Assembly: GCF_006345805.1 (NCBI RefSeq)
Contig: NC_043011.1
Span: forward strand, 62,880,464 to 62,944,463
Source: Octopus sinensis
Lineage: Eukaryota
Length of the DNA: 64,000 nt
Reading direction: 5' to 3'
Each line of letters begins with the position of its first letter. Within the stretch, counting starts at the first letter, position 1. Made by a program: the position numbers and the translations under genes. Shown piece by piece: positions 13,433 through 26,089 of the stretch. Under the pieces are notes generated by a model. That model made no database searches, was not told where the DNA came from, and saw only the letters and a list, made by a program, of their open reading frames with translations.

Positions 13433-14710
13433 CGAGGGGCGTTCAATAAGTAATGCCCCTGACCCACTTCCCATAGCAGTAGAGCAACGAAACTTGGCAC
13501 ATGTATTAGTCTTTTTCTACATAGGAACAACCCAGAGGTACGCATTTCTCCCATCGTTTGATGCAGTTCTGGAGACCGTTTTCGTAGAAGACCCCAGCTT
13601 AGTCCTCCAACCACGACGTGACTTCAGAAATCAAGGCTGCATCATCTGGGAAACGCTTTCCTTTCAAAAATAACTTCATGGCTGGGAAGAGGTGAAAATC
13701 AGAGGGTGCAAGGTCAGGAGAGTAGGGGGATGTGGGAAGAGTGCATAGCCATACGCCTGTGCTTCTGATCTGGCGACACGCGAGTTGTGGACCGGAGCGT
13801 TGTCCTGCAGGAGGAGGATGCCTTTGCTGATCTTGCCCCGCCTCTTGGTTTCGATAGCTTCTCTTAATTTCCTCAAAAGTGAAGCATAATAGGCTCCTGT
13901 AATTGTGGTACCCTTTGCCAAGAAATCTGTCATCACTACTCCGTCCTGGTCCCAGAAGACTGTGAGCATGACCTTGCCAGAGGAGGGCTGCACCCTTGCC
14001 TTCTTTGGAGTAGGTGAGTCATGGTGCTTCCACTGCATTGACTGGCCTTTGGTCTCTGGATCATAGCGATGGACCCAGGTCTCATCCTGTGTAATCAGTC
14101 TTTTGAAAAATTTTGACTCATCTTCTTGGCATATCCCTAAATTCTTGCTTCTGGAATTCTTGCGTTCTTGCTTCTGGAAAGGTGTGAGCAACCTGGAAAT
14201 CCATCTGGCAAACACTTTTTGCATATGCAAATGGTCATGAATGATAGTTTCCACAGACCCAGTACTAATCTTGACCTCATGAGCTATTTGGCGAATAGTT
14301 ATGCGTCGATCTTCCAAAATGGCAGCCTCAACTTGACGGACAGATGCCTCATCAATGGCAGAAGGGGTGCGACCAAATCTGGGAGCTGTTTCCACAGAGT
14401 TCCGACCATGTTTGAATTCACGATGCCAGCGTTTTACAAGGTCATATGATTGGGCATCATCACCATAAGTTACTTTCATTTCAATAAAAGTCTCCTGTGG
14501 TGTGCGTCATTTCAAATACAAAAACCTGATCACTGCTCGACACTCAACATGCTCCATTTCCCACTTGACTCATTTCAAACACCTGTAAATCAGAAACCAC
14601 AATTAGTTCGGAGCTGTAATTTGCCACTTAATCTATAGAGATATCAATAATTGCACATGTAAAATTTCAGCTAGATCAAACAAAGGCAAGTGGAAATTGA
14701 ACGCCCCTCG
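13433..14710 (-). mobile_element. Full-length mariner (DD34D-type) transposon
   Basis: TIRs cgaggggcgttcaat.. / ..attgaacgcccctcg with TA on each side; about 1.28 kb; transposase inside. Confidence 0.97.
13520..14557 (-). pseudogene. Mariner transposase pseudogene
   Basis: MEHVECRAVIRFLYLK* precedes ORF 13676-14479, which contains WISRLL, ITQDETWV..QSMQW and LLQDNAPVH. A frameshift after HPP puts YSPDLAPSDFHLF out of frame. The 3' coordinate is approximate. Confidence 0.9.
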
Positions 14711-14725
14711 TATCCATATGTATCC

Positions 14726-14781
<56 letters not shown>

Positions 14782-14908
14782 GTGTGTGTGTGTGTGTGTG
14801 AACATATATATATATATATTATATATATATATACATATAATTATGTATGTACATATTGTATGCACACATATGTAGATATTCATAAATTTGTATACATATA
14901 TATATGTT

Positions 14909-14982
<74 letters not shown>

Positions 14983-15001
14983 CATATATATATATGTATC
15001 C

Positions 15002-15040
<39 letters not shown>

Positions 15041-16301
15041 AACATATATATATATATATGTTAATATGCGTTTGTGTCTATATAACAGTATATGGCGATC
15101 TTTTTTTTTTCTAGTGATTTCATTTAAATAATTAGTGAAGACATAGCATGAAAATCCATTAAAATTTGTTATTCGTATCTCACGTAGCTGTGGTGCCTCT
15201 TCCAAATTTTAATGACGGTTGTCTATTCATTCACACGGAAGTATATCGGGACACATACTATTCAATGACTTATGTTTCCGATGGCAGCCGTTTAGCAAGT
15301 TTTCAATAAAAATGATTGGATCACATCCTAAGTCACTTGACCGAAGGACAGAAATCATGTTTAACGACGCCATATTAACGACAGATAAGATCGAATTCCG
15401 AACTTTTTCAACCGTCATAATAATCTCTCTTTTCATAACTTTTACTTCACGTCAAAGAAATTACTCAGACTTGACAAGACTTGACAAGGCTGAGAGTTTA
15501 ACCGTTTCCAATGGATTAATGTATTTATAGATCAATCTAACCTCAAAGGGTGACTTATATTCAATTTGAATTAATGTCTTTATATTCATTTCTTCTTCAA
15601 TTCCTCTTTTCTCCGACATGGATTCGTAGTACCTATTAAATGTTAATGTCACCCGCTTTTATGCTTCTTATCAATTCCAGATTCGTCGGTTATTCATATC
15701 TATGCATCGATGAAAACGCGCATTTCAAATCAAATATATAAGACATTTAAGATTTATATCAAGTGCTTCATCTGGCAAAGGTCCAGACAATTCATGTTCA
15801 TAACTCCCTTAAGAATGTTGAATTTCACAAACCGGGTAGAGCAAAGAGAACTAAATAAATAAGAACTAAAATCATCAAATTTACTTCTTAAGAACTTAGA
15901 ATTTACGTGACACTAAAGAACGGACGGTAGTAATGTGAACAATTCTTAATAAATCAAAATAGGTCGATATATTACAACTCTCTTATCACACAAAATCTAA
16001 TTCTATGTATTTATTTATGAATATATTTATTATATCGCTATTTATTTATTTAGATTTTGTTTTCAAATGCTTTATTGCAAAATACTTAATTCTTTGCATT
16101 TAACTTTATTGTTTTATTCCGATACAGGTTTCGCTCATTGGACTGCAGCCACGTTGAAGTAATACCCGCCACGATTTGGCGACCACAACGATTCCACTTG
16201 TTATTGTAAGACTGACATCGTCTTATTTGTCTTATCTCATAAAATCTTTATATAATAAGCACATAAACAAATATAGGCTCTAAGACACATGGTCACACGC
16301 G

Positions 16302-16336
<35 letters not shown>

Positions 16337-16346
16337 TATATATATA

Positions 16347-16502
16347 GGGAGAGTTTGCCAAAAACAAAAGACGAAGACAGGTGGTGTACAAAACAAACAG
16401 ATAACGCTCAGGAATAGAAAACGTCTTTTACGTTTCGAGCCTACGCTATTCTATAGAAAGGGACACAGAAAAAAAAACAAGGAGAGCAAAAAGGGTGTTG
16501 TA
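16347..16502 (-). mobile_element. Short (TA)n-adjacent repeat, probable PLE 3' end with a degenerate hammerhead-like motif
   Basis: Related copies at about 43695-43870 and 60593-60680, each next to (TA)n. The minus strand has ..agcgtaggctc-GAAA-cg-TA. Confidence 0.55.
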
Positions 16503-16713
16503 CTCCTGATCGTGAGATCGTGGTTTCAGTATTTGATCAGTTGAATAGCTGGTACGTGGTCCACCTTACACTTGTTTCAAAAACGTCCATTTTATGGAGG
16601 CACGGAGGTACTGTACGACGCATACTTTCGATCACTAGACACAATCTGCTTGTCCTGGTCGTTCGGTAAAAGCTGAACACTCGTACGTCGTCTTCAACGG
16701 AACTCTCCATCGT

Positions 16714-16757
<44 letters not shown>

Positions 16758-16774
16758 TGTGTTTGCGTGTGTAT

Positions 16775-17160
16775 TCTTTTGTTTGTTGCAATCATTTGAC
16801 TCCGGCCATGCTGGAGCACCGCCTGTACTCGAACTTACTCTTTATAAGCCTAGTACTTATTCCATCAGGCTCTTTTGCCGAACGGCTATGTTACGAGAAC
16901 GTAAACACACCAAAATCGGTTATCAAGAGATGGTGGGAGGACAAGCACTGATACACAAACGCACATCCACTTATATATATATATATATTATATATATATA
17001 TATATACGATGGGCTTATTTCAGTTTCTGTTTACCAGCTCCACTCACAAAGGTTTGGTGTGTCCGAGGCTATATCAGAAGACACATGCCCAAGGTGCCAC
17101 GAAGTGGGACTGAACCCAGAACCATGTGGTTGGTAAGCAAGCTACATACCACACAGCCAA
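16775..17160 (-). mobile_element. tRNA-derived SINE, family 2 (internal TA microsatellite)
   Basis: Head tggctgtgtggt..ggttcagtccc and tail ggcggtgctccagcatggccggagtcaaatga. Isolated tails occur at about 17260-17310, 24285-24332, 36640-36690 and 43590-43630. Confidence 0.8.
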
Positions 17161-17560
17161 TCCTAATTTTAAAGTACATAATTATAATATAATTATAATT
17201 AAGGGTGTTGACATGTCTCAGCCTATATACTGGAGGTACATGTGAGATACTTACAGTCGTCTCCAGCATGGCTGCAGTCAAATGACTGAAACAAGTAAGA
17301 GAGTAAAAGAATAAAAACCACACATATACACATACATACAAATGGATGCATGCGTTCACCTGTATGTATGCATGGGTATACTATCTCGACGAACCTTACA
17401 TCTTTACTTTGCTGTACAATTTTCTCATACATGGGCTTTTCTACCTGGGGATTCGGTGATCTGAAGAGACACGCTTTCCAAGGAAGAGTATTAATAGGTG
17501 ATACCGATAAACACAACAATTAAGGTATTGCTACATATTTCTTCATTCTAGTAACCACAT

Positions 17561-17895
17561 GTGAAGGCGCATGGCTCAGTGGTTAGAGCGTCGAGCTTAT
17601 GATCATGAGGTTGTCAGTTCGATTCTCGGATCGGGCTGTGTGGTGTGTTCTTGAGCAAGACTCTTTGTTTCACGTTGCTCCAGGTAATGCAGCTGTAGAA
17701 ATGAGTTGCGACATCACTGGTGCCAAGCTGTATAAGCCTTTACTCTTCCCTTGGATAACAACAGCGGTGTGGAGAGGGAAGGCTGGTATGCATGGGCGAC
17801 TGCTGGCCTCCCACCAACAATCTTGCTCGCAATTGTGCCACGGAGAGTAACGTTCTAGGTGCAATCCCATGGTCATTCCTGACTGAAGGGGGTCT
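17561..17895 (+). mobile_element. tRNA-derived SINE, family 3 (CORE-like centre)
   Basis: A box tggctcagtggttagagc, B box gttcgattc, central tgtgttcttgagcaagac. Related heads lie at 56490-56730(-) and about 49535-49650(+). Confidence 0.8.
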
Positions 17896-18117
17896 CCTCA
17901 TGAGTAACAACAAATATGAGTAAAACTGACTTTCAGTTTAGTAATTGAGAGCAAATTTATTCCTGCATCAATGATGTAATACGATCCGTTAAATATTTTG
18001 AGTGTTAAAATTGGTGTGTCTCTATATAAATTGCATGGCTCTGTATTGTTTTAATAACATTTCATAATGAGTATTTTTCTTAACCATCAATTAATGAAAT
18101 TATACACGAACGCGCTT

Positions 18118-18183
<66 letters not shown>

Positions 18184-18280
18184 TATTGATTATGAATATA
18201 ACATAGAAATTAGTAGCAATCCAAAGTAGTTAAATCACTCTCTGTTTCTTAATTTTCTATCTTCTACATCTCTCTATTTA

Positions 18281-18315
<35 letters not shown>

Positions 18316-19021
18316 TACTCATTCTCTTTCTCTATCTGTTCTTCTCTCGCCTCCAGTACCTCGATGCTGTGTATAAACTCATGCAATTAAATTATAATTG
18401 AGATCCGCAGATTGTATATTATATTACATTTCTTTCCAACTGCCCATTAATATTTATTGTCGAATTTATGGTAAACTATAATAAATTGATGATACTGTAA
18501 GCCATATTTGAAACCTGATATTTACTGTTTTTTGTTATTCTTGAAGTTCTTAATGTTTATATTTGGCCTTAACATATTTTCCTTTCCATTTTTTTGGGTC
18601 TTAATTGCTGGTGCTGCTGATGTTGTTGTTGTGGTTGTTATTGATTTTAATGGCGCGGTTTCGGCACATGTTAGCCTAAACGAATGGAGCTATGTTCGAG
18701 TTGTGACCGCTAAGTAAACTAACGTTTACATTTGTCAGACGGCATGATTAAGGGTATAATTAAGGAAATTGGAGTTGTTTCTAGCAGATCAATGAAAAGA
18801 AGGGGAAAGAAATAGCGCCACCATCGTTGAATTGACAAAAAGTTGCCAACATCAGAAAAAAAATTCTATGCGCAGGTGCTCCCAGATTTTGGTGTAATGA
18901 TTTCAAATCCCACCGAAGTTATCTTTGACTTTCGTCCACCTAGTATCCAAATAAAATCATATACCCGTCACGTGATGAGCTTAACGTAACTGAATAATCC
19001 TTCCCCACACATTTCAAGCAC

Positions 19022-19386
19022 TCTGATGATGATGATGAGGTTGAGCGAAGCGGTCTTCGTCCTCTTGGGAGAAGTCCGAAACGTGGTCCTTTGCTATTCG
19101 TAAGGCACGCAGAAGAGAAAGCAGGTCAACCTGCGACACCGAGAGCATCGACGGATGGATGAATGTGCATCCAGGCTCAACGGTTGCGTAGGAAGTCGGG
19201 GACAGTAAACAGGAAGAAAGAGTGAGAGAAAGGTGGAGCGAAAGAGCACAACAGGGGTCGGCACCACCCCTTGCCGGTGCCTCGTGGAACTTTAGGTGTT
19301 TTCGCTCAATAAACACACACTCAATAAACCGCGATCCTCCGCCCGCGAGTCCGCTGTCCTAACCATTGGGCCATTGCACTTCCTTC
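19022..19386 (-). mobile_element. tRNA-derived SINE, family 4
   Basis: Head tggcccaatggttaggacagcggactc with a partly deleted B box. The 3' end is a (CAT)n tail. Confidence 0.65.
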
Positions 19387-20140
19387 AAACCCTCTGCCTA
19401 TAGAAGCAGTTGTTACTGATAGTGACAATTTTTTTGGCGGTCGTCGTTATTGTTGTTGATATTATCGCTGCTTCTCCAGATGTTTTATTGTTGTTATCGA
19501 ATTGTTGTAATTGTTATTGTTTTTGTTTATCACCAAATCAATTACAACATTGCTGGAAATCAGAATGACCATTTTATTTATAAGTAGTATCAAGGATTAC
19601 AATTTTCTGGTCTGTTGTTCATTTAGAATCTATTTCGTGAGATATTTATTATTTCTAGTTAGTCTTGCGACTCGTAGTAGAGGAATGGTAGACTCATTGG
19701 CATTTTTGATCTGGCTTCAAGCATATATTAGAGTTTGGGAGTCAGATGGGGACAGATGTTCCTAAAAAAGCATTCATAGTTGAGGCGAAACTAAATGAGA
19801 AAGTCGATCAACGAGAAGTAAGAATACGGAAAATTAGCCAAGTTAATATTTCAGAATTTCAAGCGAAATGGCATCCTCAGAGTACAAAGACAGTTTTATT
19901 CAGTTAGATTATTTAGTGTGGAAATGGAAATAGAAATTATTCTTATTAAGTTAAACAGATCTTGAGAAGACCAGAGCATGGTGGAGAGTTTGCGTTGCTT
20001 CAGCCGTAAAAACCATTCAGTATTGTTTGTATTAGACTCGTTTTCGTGTAATAATACCTGCGTGGAATTTAAAAAAAAAAAGGAAAAACGCGGGTGTCTC
20101 GGCCTGTATATACGAGATAGGGAAATAAGTTTCATGTTTG

Positions 20141-20173
<33 letters not shown>

Positions 20174-20998
20174 TTGCAAACATAAGGCTTATAATTTGCA
20201 ATGATTTCATTAATTGGAGTCGGTTTTTATTCCGACTGCGATCGAACTCCGAATCTACACGCATTACAGTAATATCGATTGCAGAAATTATATTGGAATA
20301 TTTAGAAAAAAATAAATTTCTGTGCTTTAAACCTGAGCCGCAGGTTCGAATGAATGTAGCTGCCGGTCGTATTTTGGATTCTCATGATGCAGCGACATCG
20401 CCAATGTGGGTAGTAAAGAAATAGGTACAGACATATAATCCTTTTTACTACAGGCACAAGGAATGGATTTTGCTGGGGGCGGGGCGGTTGATCACATTGA
20501 CCCCAGGACTCAAATGCTAATTAATTTATCGACACCGAAAGGATATGAGTCACAATCGACCTCGGCAGAATTTGAACTCAAAACGTTAAGAAGAACGAAA
20601 TACGGTGCAGACTAATAATGAAAGAAAATCCAGACATGACAGTCGCATCGTTTTATTAAGCACAATGACACACAGACAACACCATCCATGGTATCCTTTT
20701 CAAAGCTGATTGACAAGTGGTTGTTTTTTGCTAGTACGAACTTTGGCATCATTCATCAATCTTGTTGGCACGCCACTCATTGTTGTCATTGATAATGGCG
20801 GCGGTGGTGGTGGTGGAGTTTTGTTTTAGAATAATCAATACAATAATTAAAGTGTATAACTAATCAACCCGTTTATATCGTCAGTGGACCAGGTGATAAT
20901 TAGTAAATTTGAATAACAAAGAAAGGCCTACACTCTTGAATGGGGTGAAAAGGATTTCATTAAATGTTAATATCATCATGACCACCATCATCACCACA

Positions 20999-21222
20999 TT
21001 CTTCTTCTTCTTCTTCTTCTTCTTCTTCTTCTTCTTCTTCTTCTTCTTCTTCTCTTCTTTTTCGTTTTTCTTTTTCTGTTTCTTCTTCTTCTTCTTCTGC
21101 TTTTTCTTCTTCTTTTTTCTTTTCTCTTCTCTTCTTCTTCTTCTCTTCTTCTTCTTCTTCTTCTTCTTCTTCTTCTTTTTCTTCTTCTTCTTCTTCTTCT
21201 TCTTCTTCTTCTTCTTCGTCTT
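20999..21222. repeat. (CTT)n microsatellite
   Basis: Direct reading; source of the poly-F/poly-E ORFs. Confidence 0.95.
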
Positions 21223-21251
21223 CTTTTACCCCTCCTCCTCCACGGAGCGAG

Positions 21252-21300
<49 letters not shown>

Positions 21301-21517
21301 AAGATTGAAAGATACGGTGACGGAAAGTGGAAATATTAAATGAGAGAGAAGAATCGGTGAAGATAAATAGAGTACTGACATGGTTATCTAGAATTGGTGG
21401 CGAAGGAGGACAAATACATACACACACATATTTAAATATACATCTACCTATCTAGCTGAATGTCTGTCTGTATGTCTGTCTGTCTGTCTATCTATCTATA
21501 TGTTATATATATTTATA

Positions 21518-21590
<73 letters not shown>

Positions 21591-21638
21591 CTATGTATCT
21601 ATCTGTATATCTGCATTCTGTCTGTCTGTCTTCCCGTG

Positions 21639-21701
<63 letters not shown>

Positions 21702-22451
21702 GTATGTTTGTGTCTCTTTCGGCCCGTCTATTACAAACTTCTACACAGATCCCTTCCACCAAAATTCCCTCAGGAGACGTTGATCAACCTACGGCACCGA
21801 GTAAAAGGAATGAATCTGAATCTACGTGTTTAGTTACAAAAATATTCTTAACCACACAACCATGCCTGTAGCTGTGAACAAAACACATTAACTGTGATCT
21901 TCTGGTTCGTCTTATTCTAATTGTTTTAGATTAATTGCATTTTGTCCTAGAATGGTGTGGTTTCTCCAATCTGTCTACGTCGAATTTGATCTCAGATTGC
22001 AGGATTGAACTAAGATAATCAAGAATGCCTACAAACTGTAAACTTATAAAATGTCTTTCCTTTCAAACGTTCATGAGAAAACCAATGTATCAAATTTAAT
22101 TCATTTTCGTTCAGTGATGCACAACAAAAGAGCCTTTGTAGCAGTTGATATTCAACTCTTAAACATGTCTAGAGAAATTATTGACAAGTAATTGGTTTCA
22201 TGCAGTACTTAGTTATAATGAAACGAGCGATTATCAATGCAAGAGAAATAACTTGATTTAACTCGAGGCATCAAAGTTGTCAAAAATTTTACTTTATATT
22301 ATTATATACAGCAATCAATCCTAGAATTTAGAAACAATTTATATTGTGCGCGTATGTACTTCTTATGGTCAATATTAACAATCTTCAGCGTCTTCTCCGA
22401 TGCCAGGTTAAGATGTTAAGTGATTGTTACATCGCAGTTAAAGCCATTCAA

Positions 22452-22537
<86 letters not shown>

Positions 22538-22864
22538 TTATATATTGAACTTCGTTGTAGCGCGTGTGTCAGGCAATCGGTTAAGAAGATGTCGCATCAG
22601 TGATTAATTACAAGTCTAGGCAATTTGAGGTGACCGGTTTCAGCATGAGATGAACCATCTGTGATACACCAGGTCCGAAATCAATAATTTAGAAGTAATT
22701 TGTAAGGCTACAATATATAAGTGTAGGTGTCTGTGCGTGTGTGTTTCTGTCGTGTGTATATACATTGACACCACAACCCATTCTCATATGCACACACACA
22801 CACATGTGTATATATACGCGACACAAACACAAACGCACACACATATATGCATATATATTTTTGC

Positions 22865-23233
22865 ATCTATTTATCTATCTATCTATCTGTCTATCTATTT
22901 ATCTATCTGTCTGTCTATCTATCTATCTCTCTATCTATCTATATATCTATCTGTCTATCTATTTATCTATCTGTCTGTCTATCTATCTATCTATCTCTCT
23001 ATCTATCTATCTATATATATATCAATGTATCTATATATCTATCTATCTATTTATATCTCTCTATTTATCTATCTATCTATATACCTATCTATTTATATTT
23101 ATCTATCTATCTATCTATCTACATATCTCTCTCCCTCTCACACACTCTCCTTCCCTCTCTCTTTCTTTCTCTCTTTCTCTTTCTTTCTGTCTGTCTGTCT
23201 GTCTCTGTCTCTGTCTGTCTCTGTCTCTCTCTG

Positions 23234-23310
<77 letters not shown>

Positions 23311-23400
23311 AGACACACACATATATATATATATATTATATATATATATATCTATATATAATATATGTATACACACACATATATATATATTATATATATT
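22865..23400. repeat. Compound (TATC)n/(TC)n/(TA)n microsatellite
   Basis: Direct reading; source of the IYLS-repeat ORFs. Confidence 0.95.
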
Positions 23401-24465
23401 AATACACACACATAATTGTGATATGGATATTTCGAAAACTACTTTCATTTCCTCATGTGTTGCCGTTAAGTCTCTCGCCAGTCTCTTCCCATAAATCCAT
23501 CACTCACATCGTTCGACATATGAAGAATATTTAAACGATAAAAAGCATCTTTATAGAAAGAAACAGTCGACTGACGTTTGTTATTGTTAATAGCACTTTT
23601 GGTTCCAGTTAAATGTTTGATATTCCTCAAAGTTTTAAAGTTGGCAGAGCATTCATTTTTAATTCTGGTTTCGCTGCCAGTTCCACTTCTTTTTACCTTT
23701 TCTTCTCTCATCTTATTTTATATGATTCTTTAATGGCGGCAGTAACTTTTAATGTTCATAGTTTGTATATTATTAAACTCTGCAGGGAAAAAACCGAACG
23801 AACTTGTAGGAAAAGATGAAAGCTTAAATTTCGTTATTGCAGCTAAAATTAGGTTTCTTGCAATATTCAGTGGTCTTTATTCTCGTAATTGAAATGGTTG
23901 CTTTCGTCTGGTCATTTGTTTATCAGTATTTTCTATCAGTATTTTCGGTTTAATTCACGCAGAGATATAGAATAAAGAGAATACTACTTGATATCTTACG
24001 ATTGCTCCGTGGTATATCATGACTTAAGTGTGCTGGATTAAATATTTTGATACTTCTCGTTTTGTCCGAGTAATTTCTGCGTCCCCAAACCCCGAGTTTT
24101 CAACTGTAACTTTATGTCTCCTGATATCACTAAAAGAAAAGAAAAAAAAGAAGAGAAACTATGTGTAAAGTTAGTTGTACAAGCCATGGATATTTATTGC
24201 TTCTTCGTTTTTATCTTATTGATTTGGGACGTCTATCGCATACATACAAGCATAAATACTTACATGCATATATTATTTTATTCTTTTACTTGTTTCAGTT
24301 AGTTGACTACGGCCATGCTGGAGCAGCGCCTTGGAGTGTTTTAGTCGTGCTTTTGTACAATGCACAAAACTCGGCCCTTTGTGTCACTATTGCTTTTGCT
24401 AAATATTAATACAGATATACATATTCCCATATTTTGAACTCTGTTTATCCTTTTTTCCATCACTC

Positions 24466-24512
<47 letters not shown>

Positions 24513-24577
24513 TATATATATATATAATATATATATATATACAACATATATACATATACTTAATTCTGTAATCCATC

Positions 24578-24755
24578 TGCAAACCCACAGCACCATCTCT
24601 TCAGTTATCCGATAGCTGAGAAGAGATAGTTGTGTGGATTTCCCCTCGGTATCCGAAACTCAGAGTTTTACCTTGCTACCAATAATTGTCACATTAGAGG
24701 ATTTATATTTACAGATAAATTTCTTTTGTTATCTTAGCGTTTTTACCAATATAAA
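24578..24755 (+). mobile_element. Fold-back element with a degenerate hammerhead (24611-24672)
   Basis: A palindrome is centred at about 24610. The right arm reads gatag-CTGAGAAGA-gata..tatcc-GAAA-ctcagag-TT-ttacc, and the left arm on the minus strand reads gataa-CTGAAGA-gat. It lies between (TA)n tracts. Confidence 0.55.
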
Positions 24756-24762
24756 TATATAT

Positions 24763-24793
<31 letters not shown>

Positions 24794-24822
24794 GTATGTA
24801 ATGTATGTATATATATATATTA

Positions 24823-24873
<51 letters not shown>

Positions 24874-25143
24874 ATAATTATTAATATTTCCGAGTCCACA
24901 GGGGAGGAGAAAATCAATTTAGTAGTACTGAAATGAATTTCTCGCTGTATTATATGCATATATATATAGAGAGGTTTAAGAGACAGAACCACCTTCAAGC
25001 AACTCAAAGAACATTTAACGATATCATGTATGATAGAGATATATAAGATTAAATTTTATTAAATTAATATCTACAAGTACTATTTTGAGTCATATATTAA
25101 ATTATATAGACAACGGGCGTTTCATGACAATATATCTATCAGT

Positions 25144-25272
25144 ATTGCTGAAATAGAAATTCAATACCATATCAATTCGAATATGCTGCCAATCTTCATG
25201 TGTGGATTATATAAAACTAAGTATGGCAGTATATCCGGATTGAAATGGTATTGAATTCCTATTTCAGCAATA
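25144..25272. repeat. Inverted repeat with ~48 bp arms
   Basis: tattgctgaaatagaaattcaataccat..tgctgcca pairs with tggcagta..atggtattgaattcctatttcagcaata. Confidence 0.85.
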
Positions 25273-25614
25273 ACAGGAAGCGGGAGGAAATTTTTGTCTT
25301 TGTTATTCACTGTTACAATTATTTCTGGATGTTTAACCTACCTATAAGATTTTCATTTTGGTAACTACAGCAACAAGAAGCAGACGAGATAAGTGGAGAG
25401 CAAAGAGAATGTTGATAAAAATATAAACAAACGATAGAGAACATATGAAAGAGGAGGAGACATAATGAGAAAGGAGAAAGGTATAAAGATATACGTGTGT
25501 GTGGTCGCCATTTTTTTAAGAGACTATTTGTGTTTGACGAATCACCTATACTGCTAAGCTCATTAGAGGTGCGAAACAATGGTCACCGTACGGCTGGCAT
25601 AACATTCATCATTC

Positions 25615-25669
<55 letters not shown>

Positions 25670-25675
<6 letters not shown>

Positions 25676-25852
25676 GAAGGAGCTTCTACAGGACAGTACT
25701 GTTTCATTCAGAGAAATCTTCAGGAAGCTTCCTGAAGATTTCTCTTGAATGAAACAGTACTAGTCCTGTAGAATCCTTCTATATAATAAATTTTACTCTG
25801 CTATGTATTGAGTAACCTTACTTACTGTGGTTACCCGGATCAACCCGGGACC

Positions 25853-25856
<4 letters not shown>
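25670..25856. mobile_element. Near-perfect ~115 bp palindrome of two diverging hammerhead cores plus a short tail, in (TA)n
   Basis: Centre aagctt at 25725-25730. Each strand reads CTGAAGA-tttctc(t)tgaat-GAAA-cagtact(a)g-TC-ctgtagaa. Confidence 0.8.
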
Positions 25857-25913
<57 letters not shown>

Positions 25914-26057
25914 AAATAATAATAAATTAGAGACAAACCGGTATATCAAATCATACAAAGAAAGACTTAAGCCAATACAATAAAATATAAAATAATTATA
26001 TAAATAAAAATTAACAAATGAATAACCACTACGATCGTATATATATCTATATACTAT

Positions 26058-26089
<32 letters not shown>

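Noticed and set aside
17561-17640. tRNA gene
   Set aside because: No proper cloverleaf or acceptor stem; it continues into a SINE body.
19840-19885. CTGAGGA..GAAA on the minus strand, and other CTGANGA words at about 2482, 8446, 9759, 44641, 55173 and 62558
   Set aside because: No compatible helices I and III, so these are chance matches.
22627-22680. GAAA-ccgg-TC half hammerhead on the minus strand
   Set aside because: No recognisable 5' core or helix I; at best a decayed relic.
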